Assembly (NCBI GenBank): GCA_044892525.1 | Contig: CM097887.1 | Location: 98,868,397 to 98,932,396, forward strand | From: Schmidtea polychroa | Taxonomy: Eukaryota | Direction of reading: 5' to 3' | DNA length: 64,000 nucleotides | Shown here: positions 50,280 through 62,487 of the stretch, one piece after another | How positions within the stretch are numbered: the first letter of the stretch is position 1 | Layout of the letters: every line of letters begins with the position of its first letter | The notes under the pieces: model-generated | Told to the model about the DNA's origin: nothing | The model's database searches: none | Seen by the model: only the letters and a program-made list of their open reading frames with translations | Translations under genes and position numbers: made by a program

Positions 50280-53200
50280 CTCCCCTTCATAAGATTGATG
50301 CCATCTCTTTAACCATTCGATTCGTCGGTGCCGCGTCGTATCTGGATATTGCAATTCAACTTGATGATCTGAAACAAATCTAAGAATTTTATATGGACCA
50401 TCTATTGAATATCATTTTTGTTTCTTCTATGTGGTTCTCGTCTTACTAGTACCTCCTCCCCCACTTCAAAATGTCGTTTAATTCTTTTGTCTTTTTCGAA
50501 TGTTCTCATCTTTTGCGCAGCTTGCTTGTTATTCTTTTGTGCTTCTTCCGAAATATCGTGTACTTGATGTTTGAGTCTAGAATTAGCGTGTAACGTTATT
50601 TTCCGTCCATATACTATCTCAAATGGTGAATATTTTGTAGAACTTTGATAAGTTGCATTTATACTGAATTCAATTCGAGGCAGCAGTTCGTGCCACTGTT
50701 TTTCAGCACAGCCCCCTTTCATCGTAGTCACAAGTAAATCTCTCATTGTTCTGATAGCTCTTTCCACTAAGCCATTCGACTGATGTTGATATGGCGAGGC
50801 GAATTCTTGCTTTATTCCAAGTTGTTCTAATTTTTCCTTAAAATATTTGCTTTCAAAATTTCGCCCTCTGTCTGTCAATATACTTTGAGGTTTACCATAT
50901 TTGTAAATCCAATTGTTCATTAGCTTCTTCAAAATAGTTTTTTCATCTTGGTTTACTGTAGCCGTTAGACTTACTAATTTGCTAAACCTATCAATAATAA
51001 CGATAACATACTTTTTGTCGGTTGAAGTTCTCTCCATGAAAGCAACATCCATCACAATCTGTTATAGAAATTCAGAACTTTCGTGTGGAATTAAAATTTC
51101 CTTTGTCCTCCCTTGGTCTATTTTCCTTCTTGCACATGTGACACATCTTTTTACTATCTCTTTAACGGTTTCTTGCATTTTCGGCCAGAAAAAATTCCCT
51201 TCCAAATAATGAAACAGTTTCTTAATTCCAACGTGACATAAATCTTCATGTATTTTAATCACTAGTTTAGATTGATAGCTTTTTGGGATTATCACTAGAT
51301 CTATTTTGTCTGATTCCAATACAAGCATATCATCCGATATCTTTAATCGATCTTTATATCTGAATAAAAAACTATTTAGAAACGATTCCTTCCGAAAATC
51401 TATCTGATTCTTAAGAATTTCCATCACTTCCTGGAACAATTTATCTTTCTTTTGTTCTTCCATAATTTCTAACATTGTCTGTGTTTTTTTGTATCAAATT
51501 GATATATCTTACTCTTGACCTTTCTTGTTTATCTTGTGCATGTGCTGTCTGACACTGTGCACATAAACTACCCTCGATCCTTGATAATCCATCTGCGTTT
51601 GCATGTTCTTGACCTTTCCGGTATTTTAATTGGAAATCGTATTCCGATAGATTAGCCATCCATGTCTGAAATTGTGGACTTATTGCTTTTTTATTCGTGT
51701 TCATAAATACTAAAGCTTTGTGATCTGTTCGAGCCACGAATTCTTTCCCGTATAAATACTGTCTAAAATATAAAACATATTCATGCAATGCCAACAACTC
51801 TTTCCTTGTTACGCAGTATCCCTTTTCATGGGCCGTCAGATTTCTTGAACCGTATGCGATAACTACTTCTGAACCGTCTTCTTTTATTTGACTCAACACT
51901 GCTCCAATAGCTTCAAAACTGGCATCAGTATCCAAAATAAATTTACGGTCTATACGAGGAAAATCAAGAATAGGTGCTTGTGTTAAGGCTTCTTTAAGTT
52001 GTTTAAAACTGTTTTCACAATTTTTTGACCATTCGATTGTTTTATCACAACTTGACGCTGCTGCATGTAGGGGTGCTGCTATTTTAGCATAATCTTTGAC
52101 GAATCGTCTATAGTAATTTGTCAAACCTAGAAAAGATCGAAGTTGTTTAGCACACTGTGGTTTCGTCGCTTCTGTAATTGACTTGATCTTCTCTGAATTT
52201 GTCTGTATTCCATCTTCACTGATGGTGTGGCCAAGGAATTTTAATTTGGTTTTGTAAATTTCGCACTTCTCCGGATTTATTCTTAGTCCTGTTTTTTTAT
52301 TCTTTTGAAAACTTCTCGCAATCGCTCATCATGTTAAGACTGGTCCTTACCATATACCAGAATATCGTCTAAATAAACAATTGCTCCATTAAACAATATA
52401 CCCTCTAACATCGTGTGCATTAATCGCTGAAATGATGCTGGAGCCGTTGATAATCCAAATGGAAGTCGATTGAAACAAAATTGACCTCCTTTGGAACTAA
52501 AAGCCGTTTTTTCTTGTGCTTCTTCTGCTAATGCGACCTGATAGTATGCTTGTCCAAGATCTAAAGAAGAAAAGAATTTAGATCCTGATAGGTTATCGAG
52601 TAATTGGGATATGTTGGGCATAGGAAAAGATTCTCTTTCTGTCATCTTATTCAACTCTCGATAATCTACGCACATTCTTATTGAGCCGTCTTTCTTTCCC
52701 ACCACAACCAATGGGGAGCTCCATGGACTTTTACAGCGTCTTATAACTCCAGCTTTTGTTAACTCTTTTATCATATCGTCAATTTTCTGTTCTAGATGCA
52801 TCGGTTGTCGTCTTGGAAATTGCATTGTTGGATTCCCAGATGTATTAATTTCGTGCTCTACGATTCTTGTGAATCCTAAATCAAATCTGGCTGCCATAAA
52901 TATTGACCCGAATTCATCTAATAATTTGTTAATTGTTGGCAATTCATTTCTTCCCAATTCCTTTTTTGCTTTTTGTCTTCTCTCGTCATCAGTATAATTG
53001 CTAATCTTTGTTTCGGATTCGATATTGTTTATTTCCATCAACTGCACTCCAAATGCTTTCAAAGTATCTATCCCACCAATAAAACCTGGAAATATATTTT
53101 TAATAACAATTATTTTGATAGTCCTCATCTTATTGTGCCAATAAACATTTACTTCTGTACATCCCTGTGGTTTTTGAGTTCCTGGAAAAACTCCACATAT

Positions 53201-53440
53201 TTCGATTTCACTGCTGCTTAAACGCGGACTGCCAATTTTATGCCATGTTTCCTCATTCATCACTGTAATTGAAGCTCCAGAATCCCACAACATCTCAATC
53301 TCAACATCATTTATCATCATCTTGCTCCATTCTCTTCCACCTGACGTCGCATACCTCATTCTCTCTGTTCTGTCATTCCGATTTTCTTCCTTTACAACCC
53401 CATTGACGAAATGTATGCAATAGAGTTCCTCGTGTTTTTT
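50241..53440 (-). pseudogene. pol: Pol (protease, RT, RNase H, integrase) broken by five lesions
   Basis: Motifs: WDSGAS (protease), YLDD (RT), ILDTDAS/DHKAL/NADGLSR (RNase H), H-x4-H and CxxC plus D..D..E (integrase), GPY. Stops at 52334 and 51062, and frameshifts near 52295, 51485 and 50403. Confidence 0.93.
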
Positions 53441-54594
53441 TCAGTTTCCACATCATGAATTGCATAATCATCAATTGATTCTCTTGTTTCTGCATCATCC
53501 GAGTAATTTCTTCCGTTTTCTACGTCATGCACACAAGCTATCATTTTCTTGTTCTCATAGTTCTGTTGTTCTTTCCTTCTTAATAAATAACAATCACGAA
53601 AATTATGCCCTCCCTTACCACATATCAAACATTTATCTTTTAGTGGACATTCATATCTTCTGTGCCCATATTCGCCACAGTAAAAACATTGGTCTGACTG
53701 TAATTCGCCGTTTCTTGGATCGGGAAGGCCTCTAGATCGATTGTATAATCTCTTGGCAATGTGTTTAAGCGAAACCGTTGGTGTCCTTCTCTGCACATTC
53801 CGTTCGACTGTGTGATTCATTTCGTTATTTCTGTTATACGAATTATCTGATAAATTCTCTCTTCTGTAATTTCCTTGGTTTCTTAATACATTGGTGTTAC
53901 TTCCATTTGTTTCTCTTGTAAACGTTTCTGAATTTCTTCTCCTTGTTGCTTCCGCGTAACTACTCTTCTTTATTACCATAATTTCTTCCGTCTTTTGTTT
54001 TGATTCCACCTTTTCGTAAATTTTGGCCAGTTGATTTCGTTCTTCTGCTTTCGTCGATGGTTTCATTGTTAGAGCATCCTTTAATCTTCTGTCTCTAACG
54101 CGTCCAGTTATAATTTCATTGGCAATCTCCTCTACCCTCATTCCTGAATTAATAACTTCACTCACTAATTTCAATACCCTGATTTCGAAGGTTGCATATC
54201 TCTCATTTTCCTCTTGTCTAATTGCAGCAAGTTCTTTAATCTTGTTTATAATAGTCAATTTAATTGTAAATGTTTCGGAAAACCATTCTTTAGCTGCTTT
54301 ATCTGTTGTTTTTTCTGTTTTGAAATTTTTCCATAGTGTAGCCGCTTCATCGCAAAGGAGAAAATCGAATGCTTCGGTCCTCTTCAAATCATTTCTAGCG
54401 ATCCAATCATCAATTGCCTGTATCCATTTTTCAGCTTCCTTGGTACATCTGCCGTCGTATCTTCTAATCTCCATATCCAAGAGTTCTTGCGCACGTTTCG
54501 GTAGCGCGTCTCTTGCAGACTTTTTCCCTTCTCCTTGAGTCGTCATTGTGTGAACATTTTCGGCGTGGTCGCCAGTTACAACAATTGGTTCCAT
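53392..54594 (-). CDS. gag: Gag of the gypsy element (400 aa, two CCHC zinc knuckles), intact
   Basis: Contains CFYCGEYGHRRYEC and CLICGKGGHNFRDC. Confidence 0.92.
   Translation of the reverse strand: MEPIVVTGDHAENVHTMTTQGEGKKSARDALPKRAQELLDMEIRRYDGRCTKEAEKWIQAIDDWIARNDLKRTEAFDFLLCDEAATLWKNFKTEKTTDKAAKEWFSETFTIKLTIINKIKELAAIRQEENERYATFEIRVLKLVSEVINSGMRVEEIANEIITGRVRDRRLKDALTMKPSTKAEERNQLAKIYEKVESKQKTEEIMVIKKSSYAEATRRRNSETFTRETNGSNTNVLRNQGNYRRENLSDNSYNRNNEMNHTVERNVQRRTPTVSLKHIAKRLYNRSRGLPDPRNGELQSDQCFYCGEYGHRRYECPLKDKCLICGKGGHNFRDCYLLRRKEQQNYENKKMIACVHDVENGRNYSDDAETRESIDDYAIHDVETEKNTRNSIAYISSMGL
54564..54574 (-). promoter_or_regulatory. Primer binding site TGGCGACCACG, overlapping the LTR by 1 nt; tRNA-Arg-like
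   Basis: TGG directly at the LTR end. TGGCGACC-type PBSs are, as I recall, the tRNA-Arg sites of mdg1/412-type elements; tRNA identity was not checked against host tRNAs. Confidence 0.7.
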
Positions 54595-54741
54595 CTAAAG
54601 ATTTTATTGATATTAACACAGAGTGATCACTCTTAAATAGTAATGTATATTGCGTAATAACTAACACATTGTATTGAATTACGCAATATACTCTGAACTG
54701 CTTCACATTTGGTCCTTGGCCTCTAATGTAATATCATTACT
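54574..54741 (-). repeat. 5-prime LTR (168 bp, AGTAATG...TGTAACT on the element strand)
   Basis: Direct repeat of 50112..50279, 167/168 identical. Contains TATTTAA (54639..54633) and AATAAA (54608..54603). Confidence 0.97.
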
Positions 54742-54989
54742 ACAACATTCTCTAATTTGAATGTAATTGAATATTTTTTTTAATTTCATCTTTAAATCTT
54801 TGTCGAAAAACGAGTTAAGTCAAATATTCAGAGTAGCAAAACGCACTAAAACGAAACAAGAAAGGTAGTAAACAATAGCAGTTAGATATAGTTTGAAATA
54901 GAAAGAATTATGCTTAAAAATTCCGATAAATAAAATGGTTTTTGAGAATAGTTAATTCTAAAGTAAATCAACTCTTTGTTTATTGTAGC

Positions 54990-55660
54990 TGTATTCTTTT
55001 GCTTTTTAATTTATACTCTTTTCCCAATTACCCGTTTCCATTATAATGTGATTTGACACACTTCATTTTATTTATAATATAATAAGCTAGAATATTTTAT
55101 TCCTAACATGTCCCTGTTCAACTTTAAAATAGCCTAATCGCCTACCTCTATTGTTTTGTCATAAATCTTTTAACTTACTTCCTTGATTTGCCTGATCTTA
55201 CTTTGACTTATTTTTTCAATTAGTTTTAATCGTTTCTCAAGTTCTCTATAAGCTCTTATTTCATTTTTTCTTTTCGATTTCCTTCCAAACATTACTTCAA
55301 AAAGTATAGGTCCTGTAGTTTTATATATTGTAATTCTTAATTTATACTCTATCGTCGATAAACAGTCTCATTCGTTTGTTCTTCTTTCGTCAATTTTTGC
55401 TGCTATTATATTTTTAGTTGTTCGGAAAGCTCTTTTATCATTCCATCAGATTAAAGATCAAATGGAAAAGTCTTTGCCTCAAAATGTATTCTTTCTGGGA
55501 TTCCAAACTTTGTTAATCATTTCCCCATATTAATATTGCGACATTCTCAGTTGTTATTTCACTCAACGATAATAAGCAAGAAAACTTTGTAAGATAATCA
55601 ATTCCAAGAATATATCGGTATTTATGATGCTAGTAATCTTACTTTGAGACATGACTGACT
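54990..55660 (-). pseudogene. Old, decayed gypsy-type integrase remnant of a different family
   Basis: Fragments KYRYILGIDYLTKF, KFGIPERIH, KTTG...FEVMFGRK and IEVGD, with many stops and frameshifts. Confidence 0.7.
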
Positions 55661-56250
55661 CTAATTTTTCGAAAATTCTAGAGAATTAAAAAAAAAATTT
55701 TCAATTATCAACAAGCAATTTATTCAAAACGAAAGCCAATAAAAAAACAAAATAACAATTTTATTGCACTTTTCATTTAAATACAGGATGTGTATATAAT
55801 ACATATTTTATATTTCAATTGTATAAACACAAATTTAAGTGTACAGTTAGCCTAACATCTCTCAATCTTCATTTTTAGAATTTCAGTCATTTTTACCCAT
55901 AGTGGCTTTCTTTCTCGGCTTTCAATGTTATCTCGATTACAACTCATTTCATTGCCTAGAATTATTTTTACAATACCTATTTCTTTTGTTATAATAAGCT
56001 GTTGTTTTCTCACTTCCATTTCTTTTACACATTTCTTAGCTCCAAATTCCTAGAGTAATCTCATTATCTCCATTATTTAATTATTTGATAATATTTATTT
56101 TAATGACGGATTTGGTAACAATGTTTTCTTTTACTTTGAAGAATATTTAACAATTTTCTATTTGTTGACATTTTCTATTTTTTATAGTTATTTTACATTT
56201 TATTTATATTTTGTGTTTAAACTTGTTTTATTAGCTGTCCTCGTGGATTT

Positions 56251-56660
56251 TTAAAAGACAAAAAAAGGAGTCGACTCCAACTCATTTAGAAATAAATAAG
56301 CTGTTTGAAATTCAATGCCCATAACAAATTTTCGAAACTCTGAATGAAGTTCAAAAAGTCGAGATAAGACTTTTCCACGTGACAACCATCTTAAATCTGT
56401 GTGTAAAAGAAGCTTCTTATGATCCCTCTCCATTTCATTACAGGTTATTGAAAACAAACGAGAGTTGAGAGCCAAGTTTTTATAAAATTAACTATTTTTA
56501 CAGATTGATCTAAAACAGTTCTTAAAATCTTAGAAATGGCTTTTGTAGCAACTTTGCAATGGATACTGCAATGTGTGAACTTTGCTTCTAGTGAAACTTG
56601 TTTAATTCGCGTAAGAGCTCCATTGTGTTTATCAGTCGGAGCAAACTCAAACACAATTCT
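56251..56660 (-). pseudogene. hAT Buster-type transposase remnant
   Basis: Track ORFs contain FTHCSIH...VKIVNFIK and LLLHTDLRWLSRGKVLSRLFEL. Confidence 0.88.
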
Positions 56661-57295
56661 TCTAATTTATTCCATTTAATGTCATAAAGTCATCAACCTT
56701 TTTTTAATATTGATAATTATGCAGTGTAACAGAAAAATAGGTTACCTTAATAGTTTATTCTTTTGTTTGTCTTTGGTCTGTTTTTAGTTTTCTTTTAACA
56801 TTCCATTTATTTTCATTAATAATCGTATTAATTTTTTCTCTTTATTACAAATTTTAGGACCTACCTTTATAACACTCGATAAAGGTGAGTGCCTAAAATT
56901 AGTGTTAAATGTGGAGGGGAAATTGATTTATAGTTGTAACTTAAATAAATTAAATGTTAAAATAAATGTTTCATTAGAAATGAAACCGGAAACTCTTATA
57001 CATTGATATATATATGAAGTAATACCTCGTATAACGCTCTGTCTTACAACGCTGTTTCGTTATAATGCTCAAAAAATGTTTTTTTGATATGAAAAAATCA
57101 TTAAAAAGAATACATATAGTAAAATTGATTTCTATGTATTTTATTTCAAATTTCCATACATTTTTGTTTATATTTTAGGGATTCACACAAATCATTTGAA
57201 TTTTTTTAGAAACAAAAATTAAACAGTTAATCAGTGTTTCTTGTTGAAATGTTCCTATTTATTTTTGTAAATAACTAAATAATTTCTTATAAATA

Positions 57296-59117
57296 ATGTC
57301 AAGACGGAAAGAAAGTGTGAAAGATTTAACAAAAAATTCGAGAAGAAATTTATCTATGGATATAAAATTGAAAGTAATTCGAAAATAGAAAATGGGGGAC
57401 GTCAAGTAGATGTATGCCGTGAATTGAATTTACCCGGATCAACTGTTAGAACAATTATGCAAAATGCTGAGAAAATTAAAAGATCTGTGCAATCAACAAC
57501 ACCACTTTCAGCTACAAAAAACTCTCGAACGCGTAACACAATGATTGAAAAAATGGAAAAACTGTTGACTTACTGGATAGAAGACCAAAATAATAGAGAT
57601 ATGACATTGAGTCAAGCAGTCATAATGGAGAAAGCAAGAGGTTTATTTGAAGAGTTAGAGAAACAAAACTCTGACGAACCTTCTACCAGCTCATCAGTAA
57701 ACGTTTGCAGCAAGCCGAGGATGGTTTGAGAAATTTAAGGTTCGTGCTAATATTCACAACATGAAAATAAAATTGTTGATAGCGAAGAAAAAATATCCCC
57801 CGAATTAATATTGAACGTAGATGAGATAGGGTTATTTTGGAAAAGAATGCCTTCCAAAACGTTTATTTCTAAAGAAGAGAAGCGATCTCCTGGATTTAAA
57901 GCGGCCAAAGATCGGCTTACCTTTTTATTAAGTGGGAACGCTTCAGGCGATTTTAAATTGAAACCGTTGTTGCTGTATCAGTCGGAAAATTCTCGGGCAA
58001 TGAAGGGTTACTCCAATGATAATTTACCTGTCATTTGGATGTCCAATCGTAAGGCTTCGGTTACGGCTGCTATTTTTGAGCTATGTTTTGTGAAATATTT
58101 CTGCCCGGCAGTAAAAGATTATTGCGAGAGTAAGAAACTGGAATCCAGAGCTCTTCTTATAATTGACAATGTACCTGGGCATTCAAAAAATATAGCTGCG
58201 CTTTCAAAAACCATACATGTGGAAGTTATTTTTTTACCTCCGAATACGACTTCTTTGATTCAATCGATGGACCAGGGATTTATAGCGAATTTTAAAGCCT
58301 ATTACCTTCGGCGTACATTCAAGCAACTTATACATGCAGTTGATGTACAAAAAGAAATAATTTTGAAATTTTGGAAAAGTTTCAATATCATGATGGCGAT
58401 TGAAACTTTTAGAGCAGTGGTGGCCAACCCAAATCAATCGAAGGGCCAAATTTTCGGAAAAATACTATCACGGGCCACAATAAATTCATTTAAATAAATA
58501 TAACTCGTTTTTACGATTCAAGTAAACTTAGAATCAATTTTTAAAATTAAAAACATGCTTAATTCGAATATGAATTCTAAAAGAGACAATTATTGATTTG
58601 ATGTTTAAAATTATGTCCGGGCCACATCAAAACGCTTCGCGGGCCACCGGTTGGCCATGGCTGTTTTAGAGATTCCTGGAACGAAGTTACAAACGATTAT
58701 TTGCGAGGTGTTTGGAATAAAATTCTTCTTAAAGAAAATGAAAATTCTGTGCCCGATAACTTACACTCCATTATAGTGACAACAGTGCAAATTGTACATA
58801 ATGTGGGGTTCGACGATCTAATGAACGAAGACGTAGAAGAGATAATCAATTTGCATGATGCAGGCCTTTCCAATGAAGATTTAATCGAAATCGGAGACGA
58901 ATCATACCAAAACCACGAAAGTGAAGATGATGAAAATGTAAAGCCGCCAAATAAATTGACAAAAAAAGTTTTACAAGAAAATTTAGAAATAATTGCCAAA
59001 GCTTTAAATGTTCTAACTGACAATGACCCTGATTCTGGTTTTATTAAGAGAGGTGTTTCAAAAAGTCTTACTCCGTACACTGAAATTTTAAAAGAGAAAC
59101 AATCGAATCGGCAATAG
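57296..59117 (+). pseudogene. Tigger (TIGD-like) transposase pseudogene
   Basis: ATG at 57296, frameshifts near 57387 and 57700, and an internal deletion before 57811. Removing the 257-bp MITE plus one TSD restores MAIETFRDSWNEVTNDYLRGVWNK. Confidence 0.9.
58415..58663 (+). mobile_element. 249-bp hAT (Buster/Charlie-like) MITE, copy 2
   Basis: TIRs CAGTGGTGGCCAACC / GGTTGGCCATGGCTG and a perfect 8-bp TSD TTTTAGAG. Confidence 0.93.
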
Positions 59118-59542
59118 TCTAAATTAGACCAGTTTTCTTACGGAATATGTAGAATTTAATTTAGTTTTTCTATTTTGAATTTCATCATGTTATTATTTTA
59201 TATGTTTTTGATACATACATATGTATTTAATTTACACAATGAATACTTATTTATTGAAGAAGTATCGAATATTTTTATTTTGAAGTATATATTGAACTGA
59301 ATTAAATGTATGTACCTTCAATTTATTGATTAAAAATAATAAAAAATGAAAAAAATATTATTTATTTAACACAGAAGTAACGTAACCTCTAAAGTTTAAT
59401 TTCTTGCCTCCTATAGCGCTGTTTTCAATTACGCTCAATTTCCAGTAACGCATATAGAGCGTTGTACGAGGTATTACTGTATATATAATATATTTTTATA
59501 TTAGTTATTTTAATTTATTTAATAAATTATAATTTTTTTTAG

Positions 59543-59747
59543 ATTTTACAACGAAAATTCTCTTAATTCTGAAAACACCATTTTTTCTCAACGAAATCAA
59601 GAGAAACTTATTGAAAATAATGAGGCCCCATGTACATATTATATCTCGAATGACAATATAATTTCTTCCAATTCAAGTATTGAACAAAATGGCAGTGGAG
59701 ATATGTGCTGTCAAGCAACATATGCTAAAAATGGAGATTTAGAAAAT
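59543..59747 (+). CDS. Internal exon of the unassigned gene (FYNENSLNSEN...KNGDLEN)
   Basis: Polypyrimidine acceptor ttttttttag, 68 open codons, strong donor gtgagt, phase 0 out. Confidence 0.65.
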
Positions 59748-62487
59748 GTGAGTCTTATTAGTTGGTTATATTTGAGTAACTGAGAATGGAAATATATTTT
59801 AATCATAAAATAAAGTCATATTTTATTTGTTATAGATGGCTTGCATCATTTTTACTCCATGTACCCTATTACTCTATTTATAAATGTTAGCCCTCCTTTT
59901 AAAGAATTTTCGACTGAAATAGTGCATACCCAATATTATGGTAATTTTATTTTAGAGTATATAATACAGTTCATATAAATTTGATTTATTGTGATAGCGG
60001 AATTTGGAAAATAGAAAATATCTATGGATTTTACATCTCAAACTAAATTAAACTAGTAATTTTTGTGTTTATAATGCCAACAAACAAAATATTGATGAAA
60101 ATCCCGAACCAGAATGAAATATTGATAGAAATGAAAGCAATTCGTGAATAACTGTATCTGTTACTTTTAAGAGAGATCGTATACTAAGGAGTCAAAATTA
60201 AATTATTAGTTTTTAATTTGGCATATTTGTTGCTCTCAAATAAGTATTAATTATGGATGGCATCCAAAATTGTCTTAAGAAATAGAGAATACTTACCTTT
60301 AAAAGTGATAAAAAACAATATTTTTAAATTAATTCATTTCGTATTTTAATTATTCACCGAATTATTTAATATATGTTAAATAAGTAAGTGATAAACTTAA
60401 AAAAATGTCCTTTCTAACTTGCCATCAAACACTATCAAAATATAATAAAATGAAATGGGGGTTAGTGTCTAGAAGGAAATATTAAAAAAATTATAATTAA
60501 TTATCTAGTGGAAAACCCGAGCTATTTGGAAATCCGAGCAGTGTGAGAACCCCGGGTTGTCAACAAAATTATTTAATTAGAGCTAGACAAATTGAAGAAA
60601 AAAGGAATAAGAATAAAGGAAGAATAAAAATACTCCGAGAAAAATGGGTTATGTGAAAGCCACGATATCTCCAAATTGACAGCAAACTAGTTAGTAAAGA
60701 AAACCCGGGAGATGTAAACAAAATCGATAACCCCGCGAGGCGCCTTGCCAATAAACCAATTTAAACGAAAAGTGAATTCAATTACGAGAACGGTATAAAA
60801 AGAGGCGATAGGTTAGTAAAATTCCCAGTTTGCCGAAGACAGTTCTAAAGAAGCTTAAATGTAATTCAAAAGAAGTGTCAGGATAATACTAAATTGATTC
60901 ATAACGTACCAGAAGGGAGATCTCCAATTAGGAAATTTATCCCAACGCGAAAGGTTAAAAGTATTATTGAAAATTGTGTGGATATAAACCGTTGTAAAAA
61001 ATTGTAGTAAATTTGAATGAACGTTATTGTGTTGACTTGTAATAAATACTCAACAGACAGTTCAACAGGAGGCTTCAAATGCAATACAGATAACTCAACA
61101 AACGTTTGAAAAATATTGTTGAAACTTACCCAGGCTGACCATCGCTAAGATAGTTTCATGGAATTGCTCAAAATTTGACAATTTAATTAATTTTATAATA
61201 GGTCTTAATTATGCGATTTAATTCACTGTTAGGTTTTGATAGTATCATTGGACAGTTATACTTAAATTATTATTTTTGATTAAATAAATAATCTTTTACA
61301 GTTGATATTTTGTTCGTAGCTCATTTGACTCTGTGTTATTTTGTCCATTCACTAATTTTTCTTGCGCTAAATTGTCTCACTCTGTTTTTACTCCGCTCTT
61401 TTTTGACGTTTCCATAATAAACAACGGATTTTCCAAAAATTGAATTCTAGAAAACGAATTAATACTGGTCATAAGACGTTATAGAGTTTTAATATTTCAA
61501 AATACATTTTCTTGGTATTAACAACTTTATTATGATAAATAGTTGGTTGTGTAATTATTTATAAAATTTACTAAGTAAACCAATATAAAAATTATTTTGG
61601 AGGTATTTTTCATACTGCAATCTCCGATTGAATTCTTGAAGATACGTATTTAAAAGCAAAACATGCATCAAATTTGTGTTAGTGCCAATCTTTGTATTTC
61701 TAAAATTCTTGAAGTGATTAACAATCACAAGGGTATGCACTTGTTTGGAGAGGTTAGAGTAACCTTTCCGGAAATTAGAGACAAAAATCACTACTTATTT
61801 TTTCAAACCCCTTTCAAGAAACACCAATCTAGCAAAAATCTAAAATTTGGATCGAACTCAAAATCCTATTTCGATACGTTTTAGTACAGAGCGATAGATT
61901 TGTAGTCTATATAATATATATTATTGTATAAATGAGCCAATTACTCAAGATTTTAATATCTAATCCAAAGCTCATTCAAATTTAAAACTATATAATGTGT
62001 GTTGTTTACAATTTCTTTGGTTCGGCATATGGTTGCCAGTTTGAGAAAGTCAGACAATAAAAAGAAGCGATAAACATTGGCATCAAAGCGCCTGTGAATG
62101 TCATATTGCACACGAGGACTCAAGGTTAAACGGGATAATTTTACTTAATAAAGACGTCTAATAATTTTAGGTTTTACCATGTTTTAGTAATAATCTTTTT
62201 CTTAATTTAGATATACAAAAGAAGAATAAAAGGTAATGTTACTCTACCATTTTTTTAAATGTTTAAACATGAATATATTTTGAATTCAATTACTTCAACA
62301 ATGAAGAATAATAAATTTAAAAATGTGCTAGTATAATAAAAGATATAAATTTATAACTTTACTATTAATATTTTTTACAAAAGCTTAATTTTTTACTAGT
62401 GAAGTATGTTTGATTGAATTGTTATGTTAATTAATTAATTAATTTATTAGCTATATAAATTAATCATTTAAAAAAATTTATTTATAG

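Larger units (their letters stand above)
50112..54741 (-). mobile_element. Structurally complete Ty3/gypsy LTR retrotransposon, 4630 bp, pol disabled
   Basis: Two 168-bp LTRs with one mismatch, 5-bp TSD ACAAC (50107..50111 and 54742..54746), PBS, PPT, gag, and pol in the order PR-RT-RH-IN. Confidence 0.97.
57017..59479 (+). mobile_element. Tigger/pogo (Tc1-mariner superfamily) DNA transposon, defective, carrying a hAT MITE insertion
   Basis: TIRs (A)AGTAATACCTCGTATAACGC and GCGTTGTACGAGGTATTACTG followed by TA. Transposase fragments include CENP-B-type HTH regions and a DDE_1-like core (NVDEIGLFWK, IIDNVPGH, QSMDQG). Confidence 0.93.

Noticed and set aside
50913-54706. Antisense or alternative-frame ORFs over the gypsy element (50913, 52973, 53460, 54119, 54464)
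   Set aside because: Shadow frames of gag, pol and the LTR, with no recognisable motifs.
58234-59080. Minus-strand ORFs 58234..58449 and 58697..59080
   Set aside because: Antisense shadows of the Tigger transposase and the MITE.
59836-59940. Candidate extra exon (tatag|ATGGC...TATG|gtaatt) in the unassigned gene
   Set aside because: Its open frame is phase 1, incompatible with the phase-0 donor at 59747. Spliced in phase 0 it stops after 15 codons.
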